The notes beneath the pieces are model-generated. The model was not told the origin of the DNA. It worked only from the letters and a program-made list of their open reading frames with translations, and ran no database searches. From a virus (taxonomy: Duplodnaviria > Caudoviricetes), in the IMG/VR virus record IMGVR_UViG_2974792740_000001, positions 11,944 through 75,943 of that record: a DNA stretch of 64,000 nt; one strand, given 5' to 3'. Below are positions 11,667 to 21,955 of the stretch, in pieces; within the stretch, counting starts at the first letter, position 1; each line of letters starts with the position of its first letter. A program made the position numbers and the translations under genes.

Positions 11667-13405
11667 CTACGCCGTTGGTTGACCTGTTTGAGGTGCGCGA
11701 CACGTGCGATGCCACTCGGCAGGCGCACAAGGCTATGGCGAAACGTGCACCGTGGATTCGATTGTGGGCCAACCCGCCTTCGGGCGAGGAGTCCCGTGGC
11801 CTGATTCTGCGGGGTGTTGTGCGTGACTCGATCGCAGGCCAGTTCCCGTTCACGATCAAGGAACCGGCGCAGGGCACGTTGCGTCTGCGGCTGGATCACT
11901 ATCTGGCGAAGTGGCTGATCTCGATTCCGGATGACCCGGAAGCCAAGAAGAATGTGGTGATCTCGGTGGATCACATGGGGCGCGGCAAGAATTGCAAGCT
12001 GCGCTGGTCGGGCATGTTGCATCACTGGCAGGTCACGAAGGACGGCCAGGGTGTCTATTACCTGGAAGCCGTGTTCGTTGATGACCGGCAGATGATTTCA
12101 TTTCTGCTCGGTCCCCCGAACCCGGCGTTGCCGATCCCGATCTTCCAATTCCCGCGTGTGCTACCACTTTTCGGACCTGCGCGCTGGATCGTAAGCTTCC
12201 TCATCCTCATAAACATTATGCGAGTGGAGGCTTCGTGGTGGACGCTCCCGGATGACCCTTTCACGTCGAACGGCTGGATGTCCAAAATTGACTCGTCGAG
12301 ATGGCAGGCGCACATCAAGTGCGGAAGCCTTCTGGGCGATGATTCGTTGTGGGCGTTGCTCGCTACCCGTATGCAACCACTGGATACGGTCATCAGCGAG
12401 GTACTGGATGACGCGAAACTGGTTCTGACATATCGACGCTACTTCACAGATGATGGTGAGACTGTTGCGGACGCGGGTTTGGATTTGCCGAGCATCCGTA
12501 ATGGCGCAGTCGTTTTCGAGGTTGTCGACAAGTCGGGCTACCACAATCCGGATGGCACGTGGTTCAACGGCGGCATCATTGGTGGGCTGACTCGTTCGGC
12601 GGTTCAGTTCTTGGACGGCTTCATTGAGTCGATCCTGACGCCGGTCACCGACGATCAGACCATCTGGCCGGACTCCTACTACGAGCCGGGATTCTTTGGA
12701 CAAGTGCCAAACAGGCCGTGGATAGTGTTGCGGGATTCAAAGTGGTCTCAAATAGAGACATCGAACTTAGCTTGGAATCCCGCTGGCCCTGTCTCGGTCG
12801 TGGTTGGTGGCGCGAACCCGTATGCGGATCAGTTGGCTGAGCTGACCATTCAGATGGTCGGCAACATCCTGGGCTACTTTGCTCTGGCTGGTTTCTCGTC
12901 TGCTGGCGATATTGCGGCGTCGGTGATTATGCCATTCTTGCAGGGCACAATCCTGGCGTGGCAGCGGTTCACGAACCATCAGCGTGCACACAACCTTGGG
13001 TGGGTTCACCTGTGGGAAATCTATCAGCAGGGCGGCGACTCGAATGCGTGGTCGTTGGCCGCATTGGGTGCTCTGCGTGAGGGTTTCGAGGCCACGAAGT
13101 CTCAGACCACACATGAGTTCACGATGGGCATTGGCCCGATCTATCCGGGCATCCATTTCATGCCTGGTGATCGCTTGGGGTCGACTGCGGAGAAGATCAT
13201 CCCGAACAAGGTGTTTGTGGATGCGGTTCAGGAGATCACTCTGACGTGGGATTTCTCGTCGGGTGGTTCTGACGGCCCGATGTACCAGTACACGGTTCAG
13301 GTCGGCACTAACACTGCCGCTATGTCTATTGCTGAGCGTCAGGCTCGGTTGATTTCGAAGGCTTTGGAGACGCTTCAAGAAATTGGCGTCCGAATGATTA
13401 CTTAA
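11663..13405 (+). CDS. Minor tail protein (baseplate hub-like)
   Basis: ATGA overlap; PWIRLW, NPALPIPIFQFPR, WSLAAL motifs typical of the second post-TMP gene. Confidence 0.8.
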   Translation: MTTPLVDLFEVRDTCDATRQAHKAMAKRAPWIRLWANPPSGEESRGLILRGVVRDSIAGQFPFTIKEPAQGTLRLRLDHYLAKWLISIPDDPEAKKNVVISVDHMGRGKNCKLRWSGMLHHWQVTKDGQGVYYLEAVFVDDRQMISFLLGPPNPALPIPIFQFPRVLPLFGPARWIVSFLILINIMRVEASWWTLPDDPFTSNGWMSKIDSSRWQAHIKCGSLLGDDSLWALLATRMQPLDTVISEVLDDAKLVLTYRRYFTDDGETVADAGLDLPSIRNGAVVFEVVDKSGYHNPDGTWFNGGIIGGLTRSAVQFLDGFIESILTPVTDDQTIWPDSYYEPGFFGQVPNRPWIVLRDSKWSQIETSNLAWNPAGPVSVVVGGANPYADQLAELTIQMVGNILGYFALAGFSSAGDIAASVIMPFLQGTILAWQRFTNHQRAHNLGWVHLWEIYQQGGDSNAWSLAALGALREGFEATKSQTTHEFTMGIGPIYPGIHFMPGDRLGSTAEKIIPNKVFVDAVQEITLTWDFSSGGSDGPMYQYTVQVGTNTAAMSIAERQARLISKALETLQEIGVRMIT

Positions 13406-13418
13406 GAGGTGTTTTTCA

Positions 13419-13883
13419 GTGGAAGAGCAGGCTTGCCAGTTCGTTGAGGATGTGACCGATTGGGAGGATCCTCGCCAGCATTTGGCTCCGTTCCTGTCGG
13501 CTTGGCCCGCGTTCGGGAAGATGCAGGCGATGCCTACGCCGTTGGCGTTGGTGCCTCATCAGGCAGAGCATCTGTACCGCATGGGTATTCGGTTCCATCC
13601 GGAACTGGCCGAGGTAGTGAAGGTTCAGGACGCGGAGGGTGTGACCCATTGGGTGACGCCTGAAGAGGTTGAGGAGATGCGGGAGGCTGGCAAGCTTTCT
13701 TCCAGTGACGCACTGGATTTGCTGGCGAAGATCAATCCGGACAAGGCTGCCGAGATTGCAAGCATGTCGGATGAGGAACGTGCCGCACAGTTCGAAGAGT
13801 CTGCTCCTGAGTTGGCGGATGCGTTGCGGGAGTTGACGAAGCTCCGTCAGGCGTTGGAGGTGGCTAATGCCGGTAGTTCCTAA
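13419..13883 (+). CDS. Conserved actinophage tail-region protein (DUF2744-like)
   Basis: DPRQHLAPFL...QAEHLYRMGIRF motif and synteny. Confidence 0.6.
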   Translation: MEEQACQFVEDVTDWEDPRQHLAPFLSAWPAFGKMQAMPTPLALVPHQAEHLYRMGIRFHPELAEVVKVQDAEGVTHWVTPEEVEEMREAGKLSSSDALDLLAKINPDKAAEIASMSDEERAAQFEESAPELADALRELTKLRQALEVANAGSS

Positions 13884-15453
13884 TGGCTTCAGCGGTCTGA
13901 CAATGCCGAACAACACGTTTGGTGTCGGGGCTGGCGGCGCTCAGCGAGTCAAGTTTGAGAACCGTTCGCAGTCCACGGTTGAGGGCATTCTGAAGTCGGA
14001 TCATAAGCCGGGTATCGATGAGAACTTCGGCGGGTTCAACACGGGCTTGATTGGTGTTCTTCAGCGGGTGTTGATGGGCACTGGCGGCGGCGGGCCGTTG
14101 TCGGCTGGCCTTGCGTGGCTTCGGGATTTGATGGGCCAGCGGTGGAAACAGGCTGATGAGACTGCGGAGTCTGTGGTGTCGGTTGGTACCCAGATTCACT
14201 ATGTGACTGAGGTGATCGCGCTTCAGTCGGGCATGGGTGTGCATGAGACTGGCCCGGATCGCACGGGTACGCCTAGCTTCCCGTTCAGCTTGTTGAATCT
14301 GCACACGCATCAGATGGACTTTCGCACGGGGTCGACGGATTCGCACACTCACGCAGTGATTGGCTCCACCACTGCGATGGTGACTCCCACGGTGAATGTC
14401 ACAGCGGCATACGCACCGTGGGGCAACGTCATTTTCAAGTCGGCGGCTCAGCGCAAGGTGATTACGTTCCTGGCGTACCGAACTGGCACGGTCAGCTCGT
14501 TCAACGTTGACGTGTACAAGCTTGAGGCTGATGGGTCTTCGTCGATCGTGTACTCGTCTCCGAATCTGGCGGGCAACCTGACGACCACTATCGCCTGGCA
14601 GCAGCATCTCATGGACAACGGGATCAACGCGGACATGGGTGACTCCTATGACGTGCAGTTTCGGATGACTGGCAGCGGCTCGGTGAGTCTGGCGGGGTTG
14701 AATTTTCCGAATCCGACACCACTGCCTGGCTTCAGGCCGTATGCGTCTGGTTCGGGGCGGAACCCGACTTCGATTCCTGTTCCGGCGACTATCCCGGTCA
14801 TCGAGCGAGATGCCATGTATGTGGGTCCGACGCCGTTCGTGTCTTTGGGTATCGATGTGGGTCAGGCGAGCATTCCGCGCTTTGTGTTCGACGACTTCAA
14901 CCGCGCATCGTTCGGCAACCGCTGGATCACCTACGGTCCTATCGAGATTTCGAGCAACCGTGTCCAGCACTCTGGTTCGTTCTTGGATAACAACTCTGGC
15001 GCTGCGATGTATGCGCAACCGATGGCTTCTGACGCGATTGAGGTATCGGCTGACATCTTCGTGGACACTCACGCCGCTGGTATCGGCTTGTGCATGGCGC
15101 AGGGCATGACTGGCGGTGTGTGGGTGGCTGTTGAGGACAACAACTCCGAGTTCCGGGGTGTGCGAATTCAGACTGGTCACTACGACTCTCGGACATCGCG
15201 GGCAAGCCTGCCGATGACAGCCGCACCGGCATCGGGGCGTTACACGCTGAGGTATGACCCAAGTGACAACACCTATCGGGTCTATTTCGGCAATCCTGAT
15301 GGGGCTGAGCCGATTCTGACGTGGACTGACACTGGAAACATCGTGCCGCACGGCATTGGCCGGCGGTGGGTGGGGGTTTTTGCCCGTCGGGCATTCACGA
15401 ATGTGGGTGGCCGTGTCGACAACTTCACTGCCGCTGACATTGTCGCGGATTAA
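13867..15453 (+). CDS. Minor tail protein
   Basis: 528 aa with C-terminal FDDFNRASFGNRW beta-sandwich domain; synteny. Confidence 0.75.
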   Translation: MPVVPNGFSGLTMPNNTFGVGAGGAQRVKFENRSQSTVEGILKSDHKPGIDENFGGFNTGLIGVLQRVLMGTGGGGPLSAGLAWLRDLMGQRWKQADETAESVVSVGTQIHYVTEVIALQSGMGVHETGPDRTGTPSFPFSLLNLHTHQMDFRTGSTDSHTHAVIGSTTAMVTPTVNVTAAYAPWGNVIFKSAAQRKVITFLAYRTGTVSSFNVDVYKLEADGSSSIVYSSPNLAGNLTTTIAWQQHLMDNGINADMGDSYDVQFRMTGSGSVSLAGLNFPNPTPLPGFRPYASGSGRNPTSIPVPATIPVIERDAMYVGPTPFVSLGIDVGQASIPRFVFDDFNRASFGNRWITYGPIEISSNRVQHSGSFLDNNSGAAMYAQPMASDAIEVSADIFVDTHAAGIGLCMAQGMTGGVWVAVEDNNSEFRGVRIQTGHYDSRTSRASLPMTAAPASGRYTLRYDPSDNTYRVYFGNPDGAEPILTWTDTGNIVPHGIGRRWVGVFARRAFTNVGGRVDNFTAADIVAD

Positions 15454-15470
15454 TACGTTTGGAGGCTGCA

Positions 15471-15776
15471 ATGGCAGACCTTGGTTATGAGCCCCTGAAA
15501 GGCCGTTTGATTCTGACCGATGGCGCTGACTGGGTGGTTACGCTCACGACCGGCGATGTGTGGCCTGCTGGCACCACTGTGTGGGCGAAAGTGGGCGACC
15601 TCCCCCAGTGGGATGCGACCGTCGATGCGTCAACTGGCACTGCGTCTTTCAAGGTGCAGTCAGATATTACGGACACTGTTCCGGACAAGACGCCGTACTT
15701 CATCTATCTGCGGTATCCGGGTACGCCGAGCACTGAGTTTGCTTGGTTCCAGGACAAGGTTGCGAGGACGAAATGA
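15471..15776 (+). CDS. Small minor tail protein
   Basis: [18 protein letters not shown]; GGAGG RBS; synteny. Confidence 0.65.
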   Translation: MADLGYEPLKGRLILTDGADWVVTLTTGDVWPAGTTVWAKVGDLPQWDATVDASTGTASFKVQSDITDTVPDKTPYFIYLRYPGTPSTEFAWFQDKVARTK

Positions 15777-17128
15777 CGCCGCTTTCTGGTGTGGTGCGTG
15801 TGACTTCACCGGGTGCGCCTGCAACTAAGGCTGTTTCTCCTGCGGGGTCTTCGGTGAAGGTGGCCCCGAGTACGCCTGGCCCTCCTGGTGTGAAGGGCGA
15901 TCCGGGCGTGAAGGGCGATCCTGGGGCGCAGGGCAACCCCGGGCCTAAGGGCGATCCTGGCCCACAGGGCGATCCGGGGCCGAAGGGCGATCCGGGCGAT
16001 GTGAGTACCGCGCAGTTGAATGCTGGTCTCGCCACAAAGGTTGACACCACGGATCCTCGTTTGAGTGATGCTCGCCCGTTGAAGATGATTGATGTGACGA
16101 CTGCTACGGCTTCGGCTACGGCGGCGAAGGCTGTGACTGGGACTGCCCCGGTTGCTGGCGATTTCGTGGTGCTGCGGTTCACGAGTGGCACGTCGGCGGC
16201 TACGCCCACGCTGGCGTTCAATGGTGGCACTCCGTATCCGATTCGGCCTGGCAATCAGTCGAGTCCGGTGTCCACGTCGGTGTCGATCATTGCTGGCGGT
16301 TTGATGTTGCTGTACTTCGATGGTGCTGCGTATCAGATCATGTCGGAGGTGCAGCCTCAGACTGAGATTTCGGATGCGGAGATCACGGCGGGCACTGCTA
16401 CGGCTAGCCGCTTCATTTCGGGTCGCCGGGTTACTTCGATTGTGAACAAGGCTCGGGAGACGATGGAGGCCACCGCCAACAAGGGTGTGGCTAACGGGTA
16501 TGCCTCGTTGGATTCGGGTGGCAAGGTGCCGATAGCGCAGCTTCCTTCGACGATCATGGAATACCTTGGTGTTTGGAACGCGAGCACGAACAGTCCGGCC
16601 CTGGTAGATGGCACTGGCAATGTTGGTGATGTGTGGCGTGTTGGCACTGCCGGCGCACGCAACTTGGGTTCGGGGACTATCGATTTCGCGGTTGGCGACT
16701 ACTGCATATACAACGGGTCGACGTGGGAGAAGTCCGATACCACGGATGCTGTTGCGAGTGTCGCTGGCAAGACGGGTGTCGTGTTGCTGGTGAAGGGCGA
16801 TGTCGGTTTGGGCAACGTGGACAACACGTCTGACGCCAATAAGCCGGTGAGCACTGCCACGCAGACTGCATTGAACGGCAAGGTGTCGACGATTGCTACG
16901 CCGTGGAAGATTTACTCCACGAGTGACACCGGCCTGCACGGTTTGGACTTCTCTGGCAATGACGCTACGGCGTGGACGATTGTTCAGCGCGGCGATGGTG
17001 GCGTGGTGAAGGTCGGTGCACCGTTGGCCGCGAATGATGCGGCCACGAAGGCGTATGTGGACGGCAAGGTTGTGTTCGGTGCGCTGCCCCCGACTGGGCA
17101 GGCTGGCGTTCTGTATGTGGTGCCCTGA
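15773..17128 (+). CDS. Minor tail/fibre protein with collagen-like segment
   Basis: Gly-X-Y run; [28 protein letters not shown] and [15 protein letters not shown] fibre motifs. Confidence 0.8.
   Translation: MTPLSGVVRVTSPGAPATKAVSPAGSSVKVAPSTPGPPGVKGDPGVKGDPGAQGNPGPKGDPGPQGDPGPKGDPGDVSTAQLNAGLATKVDTTDPRLSDARPLKMIDVTTATASATAAKAVTGTAPVAGDFVVLRFTSGTSAATPTLAFNGGTPYPIRPGNQSSPVSTSVSIIAGGLMLLYFDGAAYQIMSEVQPQTEISDAEITAGTATASRFISGRRVTSIVNKARETMEATANKGVANGYASLDSGGKVPIAQLPSTIMEYLGVWNASTNSPALVDGTGNVGDVWRVGTAGARNLGSGTIDFAVGDYCIYNGSTWEKSDTTDAVASVAGKTGVVLLVKGDVGLGNVDNTSDANKPVSTATQTALNGKVSTIATPWKIYSTSDTGLHGLDFSGNDATAWTIVQRGDGGVVKVGAPLAANDAATKAYVDGKVVFGALPPTGQAGVLYVVP
15887..16000 (+). repeat. Collagen-like coding repeat (AAGGGCGATCC units)
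   Basis: [36 protein letters not shown]. Confidence 0.9.
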
Positions 17129-17820
17129 TGCCTTTGAAGCACTGGAACGGTACGGCTTTCGCTGATCCGTCCCAGTGTCGGGTGTGGAATGGTTCGGCGT
17201 TTGTTGCGCCTCAGGGTGTTTATGAGTGGAGCGGCGGTCAGTTCGTCAAGAAGTGGCCTAGCGTGACTACGCCTACGTTCGTGCAGGCTGTGGGTGTCGC
17301 TGGCTCCAACCAAACCCCAACGGTCAACATGACCACCAGTTCGGGGACGAAGTTGATCATCGGCACGACTTCGAACTCGTATGGCGGGCTTGGCGTCACA
17401 ATGGATGGCGGCGCGCTGACTCCACTGGGTACGGTCACGGCGACTCGTATCCACCAGTTCTTCGTTGTCGATTCGACGGCGGGCACTCACACCTTCGTGG
17501 TGGATGGCGGCGGCTCGTGGGAAACCATGATTGTCGCTGAGTACTCGGGTGTTTCGGCTGTTGGTCCGTACACATCCAAGGTGTCTAGCTCACAGATTGC
17601 GACGCACACGCCGGATGGTTCCGGGACGCTGGCGGTCGCACTGGTGGCCGGTGTTGCAGCATCATCCACCTCACCCAGCTACCTGGGGGATGTGCGGTTC
17701 CGCCAGATCGGCCAGGGAAGTAACAACCAATCTATCGCTCTAATCGATTCCCCGACTGCACCGTTGGGTATTAGCGCCAGCGGGTCGGCCATGTCGGTGG
17801 GCTGTGTCTGGCTGAGCTAA
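17128..17820 (+). CDS. Minor tail protein
   Basis: Starts LKHWNGTAF..RVWNGSAF; Thr/Ser/Gly-rich; last gene before lysis. Confidence 0.65.
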   Translation: MPLKHWNGTAFADPSQCRVWNGSAFVAPQGVYEWSGGQFVKKWPSVTTPTFVQAVGVAGSNQTPTVNMTTSSGTKLIIGTTSNSYGGLGVTMDGGALTPLGTVTATRIHQFFVVDSTAGTHTFVVDGGGSWETMIVAEYSGVSAVGPYTSKVSSSQIATHTPDGSGTLAVALVAGVAASSTSPSYLGDVRFRQIGQGSNNQSIALIDSPTAPLGISASGSAMSVGCVWLS

Positions 17821-17833
17821 CTAGGAGGTACAC

Positions 17834-18571
17834 ATGCGGAAGATACTGCCTTTCGTACCTTCGATCATCGTCCAAGAGACCTCATTTTGGTGCGGACCTG
17901 CCACTGTGCAGAACATCGCATCGTCTCGGAAGCGGATTGAAGAGCGGGATTTGGCCCGCGAAATGAAGACAACTACTAACGGCACCAACCATATTGGCTT
18001 GCTGGCGGCGGCGCTCCACAAGCACTTGGGTGTCCTGTACGCCACGGTGTTGATCGGTGGCGCTGACGCCACGAAGAAACAGCAGGACAAGCTTTGGGCT
18101 GACATCAAGGCGTCGGTGGATGGCGGCTATGGCGTTGCTATGAACTGGATTGCGCCGGTCGGCGGCTACCCCAAGGGCCAGCTCGGTTCCCCGAACCCCC
18201 GCTACGGCGGTGGCGACGTGTACCACTACGTGGCCGCGATGGGTTACGCCGAAGAGAACGGCAAGCGGTACGTGTTCATCGCTGACTCTGGGTTCTCCCC
18301 GTTCCAGTACTGGGTGACCTTGGAGCAGTGTGCGACGTTGATCGCAGGCAAGGGTTACGCGTATGCGGTGGTGCCGGTTGAGATTGAGGCCGACCCGGTG
18401 AATGCTGCTGTGCGCGAGGTTTTCGCGCCGCTGTCTCTGCTCGTGAAGGACGTGCGAGCACAGTTGACGGGTAGCCGCACCGCCGGCCGATTTGACGGCT
18501 GGCCCCAGTTGGGCAAACAGACCGTGGTGGACGCGTTGGGTGAGGTTCGGCGGGTGGTGTCTCGTGGTTGA
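17834..18571 (+). CDS. Lysin A, peptidase C39-like part
   Basis: QETSFWCGPA (Cys), HYVAAMGY (His), IADSGF (Asp). Confidence 0.85.
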   Translation: MRKILPFVPSIIVQETSFWCGPATVQNIASSRKRIEERDLAREMKTTTNGTNHIGLLAAALHKHLGVLYATVLIGGADATKKQQDKLWADIKASVDGGYGVAMNWIAPVGGYPKGQLGSPNPRYGGGDVYHYVAAMGYAEENGKRYVFIADSGFSPFQYWVTLEQCATLIAGKGYAYAVVPVEIEADPVNAAVREVFAPLSLLVKDVRAQLTGSRTAGRFDGWPQLGKQTVVDALGEVRRVVSRG

Positions 18572-19394
18572 GAACCCGATCACCCGGCATCAGATTTCGC
18601 CGAACCGGCACTCCGGTGGGCGCAACGTCTCGTGGATTGTGATCCATACACAGGAGGGAAACGGGCGGGCGAAAGACATCATCCCGTACCTGTGCAACCC
18701 TGCGCCTGGCGGCGACCGCTCCCGCGCGGTGTCGTACAACGCCGTGGTGGATGACACCGAATCGGTGTTGGTGGTGCCGTGGGACCAGAACCCGTGGTCG
18801 GCGTCGAACGCGAACTCGCGTGGCGATCACCTGCTGTCGGCTGGCTCGTTCGCGAGGTGGACGGCTGCGAAGTGGCTCGAAACCGACGACCGGGACGGCA
18901 AGGACGAGAACGCGCAGATGGATCGGCTGGCGAAGCTGACTGCGTACCGCTGCAAGGTGCGCGGCATCCCGCCTGTCTATGTGGGCGGCAAGGGGATGCC
19001 GAAGACGCCCGGTATTTGCGGGCATGTGGATTTCGGGGCGTGGGGCGGCGGTCACACGGATCCCGGCAAGAACTTTCCCTGGGCCGAGTTCATTCGGCGG
19101 GTCCAGGAGTACTACTACGGAGAGGAACTGAACGTGGCCGCTAAGGACGAGATTATCGCCTTCATTCGGGCGTACGTGGGTCCGATTGTTTCGGACGTTA
19201 AGGACATCCGCCAGCAGTTGACTGGTGGACGAGATGCGGGCGAGTACCCCGGCTGGTCGCAGTTGGGCCAGGACGAGAAGGGCCGCAACTTCACTGTTGT
19301 GGATTCCCTGGGTGACGTGCGCAAAAAGGTAGTGGGACTGGTTGAGGCCATCAAGAGCTTGGATGCTCGGGTGGCTCGTTTGGAGGCGAAGTGA
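18564..19394 (+). CDS. Lysin A, N-acetylmuramoyl-L-alanine amidase part
   Basis: IVIHTQEG, SYNAVVD, GHVD..GGHTDPGKNFPW Amidase_2 motifs. Confidence 0.88.
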   Translation: MVENPITRHQISPNRHSGGRNVSWIVIHTQEGNGRAKDIIPYLCNPAPGGDRSRAVSYNAVVDDTESVLVVPWDQNPWSASNANSRGDHLLSAGSFARWTAAKWLETDDRDGKDENAQMDRLAKLTAYRCKVRGIPPVYVGGKGMPKTPGICGHVDFGAWGGGHTDPGKNFPWAEFIRRVQEYYYGEELNVAAKDEIIAFIRAYVGPIVSDVKDIRQQLTGGRDAGEYPGWSQLGQDEKGRNFTVVDSLGDVRKKVVGLVEAIKSLDARVARLEAK

Positions 19395-19621
19395 CAGATG
19401 GTACGCGGAGAACTGTCCGCACGGTTTTTCAGGCTGCTGTGGCTGTTGCTGCGGCACTCCCGCTGATTGTTGCAGCTTCGGGTGTCGCCCCGACTGCGGC
19501 GGGTGTTGGTGTTGCTCTGGCGGTCGCTGCCGGGGTCACTCGGGTGATGGCGCTGCCCGTTGTGGAAGACCTGTTGGAGACGTACGTCCCCTGGCTGGCT
19601 AAGGAACCTGCCACGCCGTGA
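19391..19621 (+). CDS. Holin
   Basis: 76 aa, two hydrophobic segments, RRTVRTVFQ..VTRVMALP..VPWL motif, follows lysins. Confidence 0.8.
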   Translation: MTDGTRRTVRTVFQAAVAVAAALPLIVAASGVAPTAAGVGVALAVAAGVTRVMALPVVEDLLETYVPWLAKEPATP

Positions 19622-19989
19622 CGGCCCCCACCCCTGAGGTGGTTGACCTTGTGGGTGGCGGCTGGCCTGCGATCATCTTTGCTCTAGGGATGCTCGCAGC
19701 AGCCGCCGCCACAGGGTTCATTCGTTACCTCGTCAAGAAGACGAACCAGCTTCAATCCGACTATGACACGCTGCGCCAAGAGTTTGAGTCGATGAAGGAA
19801 GAGTCTCGTAAGCAGGAAGAGCGTCACCGGCAGGATCGGGAGCGCGACTACCTGTTGATTACAGCATTGCAGAACAAGCTTGTTGCGCTTCAGGTGTACA
19901 TCGCCACGTTGCGCGGGATGCTCGCCGAGCGCGGCATCGTTTCCCCAGATCCGCCCGCTTTTCGCGAGGATCCGGATGTCATCATGTGA
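19618..19989 (+). CDS. Membrane-anchored coiled-coil lysis-cassette protein
   Basis: One TM segment then a charged coiled coil. Confidence 0.6.
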   Translation: MTAPTPEVVDLVGGGWPAIIFALGMLAAAAATGFIRYLVKKTNQLQSDYDTLRQEFESMKEESRKQEERHRQDRERDYLLITALQNKLVALQVYIATLRGMLAERGIVSPDPPAFREDPDVIM

Positions 19990-20000
19990 CTTCATACAGA

Positions 20001-20044
20001 ACACCCCCTAGTAGGCCCTGAGTGGCTTGCTAGGGGGTGTTTTT
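20001..20044 (+). terminator. Intrinsic terminator ending the late operon
   Basis: ACACCCCCTAG 20001-20011 pairs with CTAGGGGGTGT 20030-20040, then a T-tract. Confidence 0.8.
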
Positions 20045-20070
20045 GTCGTTGTTGGGGGTTGTCAAGGCGA

Positions 20071-20122
20071 AGGCCCCCAACCCTGGCAGGAACGGAGAAG
20101 AACGCACCAGGATTGAGGGCCT
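20071..20122 (-). terminator. 16-bp hairpin ending the leftward operon
   Basis: On the minus strand AGGCCCTCAATCCTGG pairs fully (with G-U) with CCAGGGTTGGGGGCCT. Confidence 0.6.
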
Positions 20123-20139
20123 GCTCAGAGTAGCAGAAG

Positions 20140-20478
20140 CTACGCGTCGGCTAGCTCATACGCCTCCATGATGTCCTTGGGGATGCGTCCCTTGTCGGAC
20201 ACGTTGTAGCCCTGGCCGCGTGCCCACTCGCGGATGGCGTTGAGGTCGGGCTTGTCGTCCCCCTTTGCGGCGGACACCCGACGCTTCTTGCGGCCTCCGA
20301 CCTTGGTGGCCTTGTCGGTCCACTTCGCCATGTCGGCTTCGAACCGGGTGACGTTACTGGGGCGCAGGTCAAGGCTGAAATGCTCGCCTTCGACGCTGAA
20401 CTCCATGACGACCGGCTCTTCGTTCTCGATGACCTTGCCGTCGAAATCGTCGAGAATCCTGACTACCTCTTGCCGCAT
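20140..20478 (-). CDS. lsr2: Lsr2-like nucleoid-associated protein
   Basis: DDFDG, FSVEGEHFSLDL, IREWARGQGYNVSDKGRIP. Confidence 0.92.
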   Translation of the reverse strand: MRQEVVRILDDFDGKVIENEEPVVMEFSVEGEHFSLDLRPSNVTRFEADMAKWTDKATKVGGRKKRRVSAAKGDDKPDLNAIREWARGQGYNVSDKGRIPKDIMEAYELADA

Positions 20479-20562
20479 GACTTGTGTCCTCTCGGGGTGC
20501 TTATCGGATAAGGCCGTTGACTTGACGGGATTGAGTGTAGCGGTCTTATCGATAAGCGTCCA

Positions 20563-21351
20563 CTATTCGGCGAGCGCGTCATCCGATCCGGCTTTCCCAT
20601 AACCGGGCGGGGGCCAGGCTTCTGGAATGACTAGTGGTTTGGTGAGCTGTCTAAAGGATTGGTGGGCGGCGATAACGAGAGTGGCTATTGCCAGGGCTCT
20701 GAGCGAGTAGTCGACGTTGAGGATGTGTTGGGGTAGTCGCTGGCCGATGTTGCACATGATGCCGAGTAGGCGGTGTGCGCCCACGATGATCCCGAACACT
20801 GCTGCTAGCAGGTACCAGGTGGCGACTGTCCGCATTCCGCTGTCTTCGGCAAGTTCCAGGATGGTTCCGGCGTAGCCGAGGCACACGCTGCACACGATGA
20901 CGAGCCAAATGCTGAAGACGAACCAGAAGGCGTTTCGGCCTGGCGCGGGGAACTCGGTGGTGCCTGGCTGGTGGTTGAGCCCGCCGATGAAGAATCCGAT
21001 CCACAGAAGCGTGACGAAGAAGGCGAGTGTGGCGCTGGCGGTTTGTGCGAGCTGTTCGTCGAGCAGGCTGATCGTGTCGGCCAGGTGGAGTAGGAGAAGG
21101 TGAAGGCCGACCATGACGAGGGTGACTCCGGCAAGTAGGTCGGTGCGCCACATGTCGAAGTGGCGTCCGGTGGCTTCGCTGATGAAGTCGTGGGTTGGGG
21201 AGATGAGCAGGCAGCCGAGGGCTATGAGGGCTAGTCCGTAGTTGGCTGCGGCGCAGGCTCTGTGTCGCCAGAAGCGTCGGCGTTGGTAGCAGGCGGCTCC
21301 GAGCAGGATTGAGGGGATGAGGGTCACCAGGTTGATGAGGGGGGTCAGCAT
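20563..21351 (-). CDS. Polytopic membrane protein (about 7 TM)
   Basis: Repeated hydrophobic segments; co-oriented with repressor; resembles mycobacterial MAB_1171c/GP55-type membrane proteins from memory. Confidence 0.7.
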   Translation of the reverse strand: MLTPLINLVTLIPSILLGAACYQRRRFWRHRACAAANYGLALIALGCLLISPTHDFISEATGRHFDMWRTDLLAGVTLVMVGLHLLLLHLADTISLLDEQLAQTASATLAFFVTLLWIGFFIGGLNHQPGTTEFPAPGRNAFWFVFSIWLVIVCSVCLGYAGTILELAEDSGMRTVATWYLLAAVFGIIVGAHRLLGIMCNIGQRLPQHILNVDYSLRALAIATLVIAAHQSFRQLTKPLVIPEAWPPPGYGKAGSDDALAE

Positions 21352-21436
21352 GGCGTGGGTCTAGATCCTTCTTCGCATAACAACAAGAGCGCGGCGTGTT
21401 GGCTTCACCGCGCTCTTGTGGTGTTCCGATATGTGG

Positions 21437-21781
21437 TTATAGCTGTACTGCGGGGTTGAGCTTGGGCTGTCCTCTCGTTCGAAGCCGGGTGACCTTAGTC
21501 GCCTTCCGTGTCGCCACCAATGTAAAACCCGGCATCTGCTCCATGTATTCGGCGGTGGCATCTGAGTCGACGAAGCCCAGGTCGAGTAGGGCTTGGAGTT
21601 CGTTGAATCCGTAGTGGCGGGCAACGGCGATCACGTCGTCTGCTCCGACCTTGTTGGCTTTGCGCCTGTTGACGTAGGTACCTCGCGAGACGCCGAGCAC
21701 TCCCGCGATGTCTTCGTGCAAGACCTGAGCCCCTGTCTGGACTGTCGCGTATGCGGCTAGGTCGATCCTGCGTTCTGTCAT
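21437..21781 (-). CDS. Immunity repressor-like HTH protein
   Basis: HEDIAGVLGVSRGTYVNRRK HTH; divergent from Cro-like gene; TAGACT -10 lies 7 nt before the ATG (leaderless). Confidence 0.7.
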   Translation of the reverse strand: MTERRIDLAAYATVQTGAQVLHEDIAGVLGVSRGTYVNRRKANKVGADDVIAVARHYGFNELQALLDLGFVDSDATAEYMEQMPGFTLVATRKATKVTRLRTRGQPKLNPAVQL

Positions 21782-21818
21782 GAAAGTCAGTCTACGTGTC
21801 GCGTATGACAGCCGTCCA

Positions 21819-21834
21819 GTCCAACTTTTTGGAC
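21819..21834. promoter_or_regulatory. Operator palindrome GTCCAA-N4-TTGGAC, copy 1
   Basis: GTCCAACTTTTTGGAC. Confidence 0.75.
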
Positions 21835-21897
21835 GTCTTGTGATCTGGGTTACTCCTGGTCAGGAGGCCCAAAAGGACTTTAGTCCCTACACGTGGT

Positions 21898-21913
21898 GTC
21901 CAAGTTCTTGGAC
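21898..21913. promoter_or_regulatory. Operator palindrome GTCCAA-N4-TTGGAC, copy 2
   Basis: GTCCAAGTTCTTGGAC, just upstream of TTGTAA-N16-TAGTGT. Confidence 0.75.
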
Positions 21914-21955
21914 GTCACGCTTGTAATTCGATTCACGTCGGCTAGTGTTCTCAAC

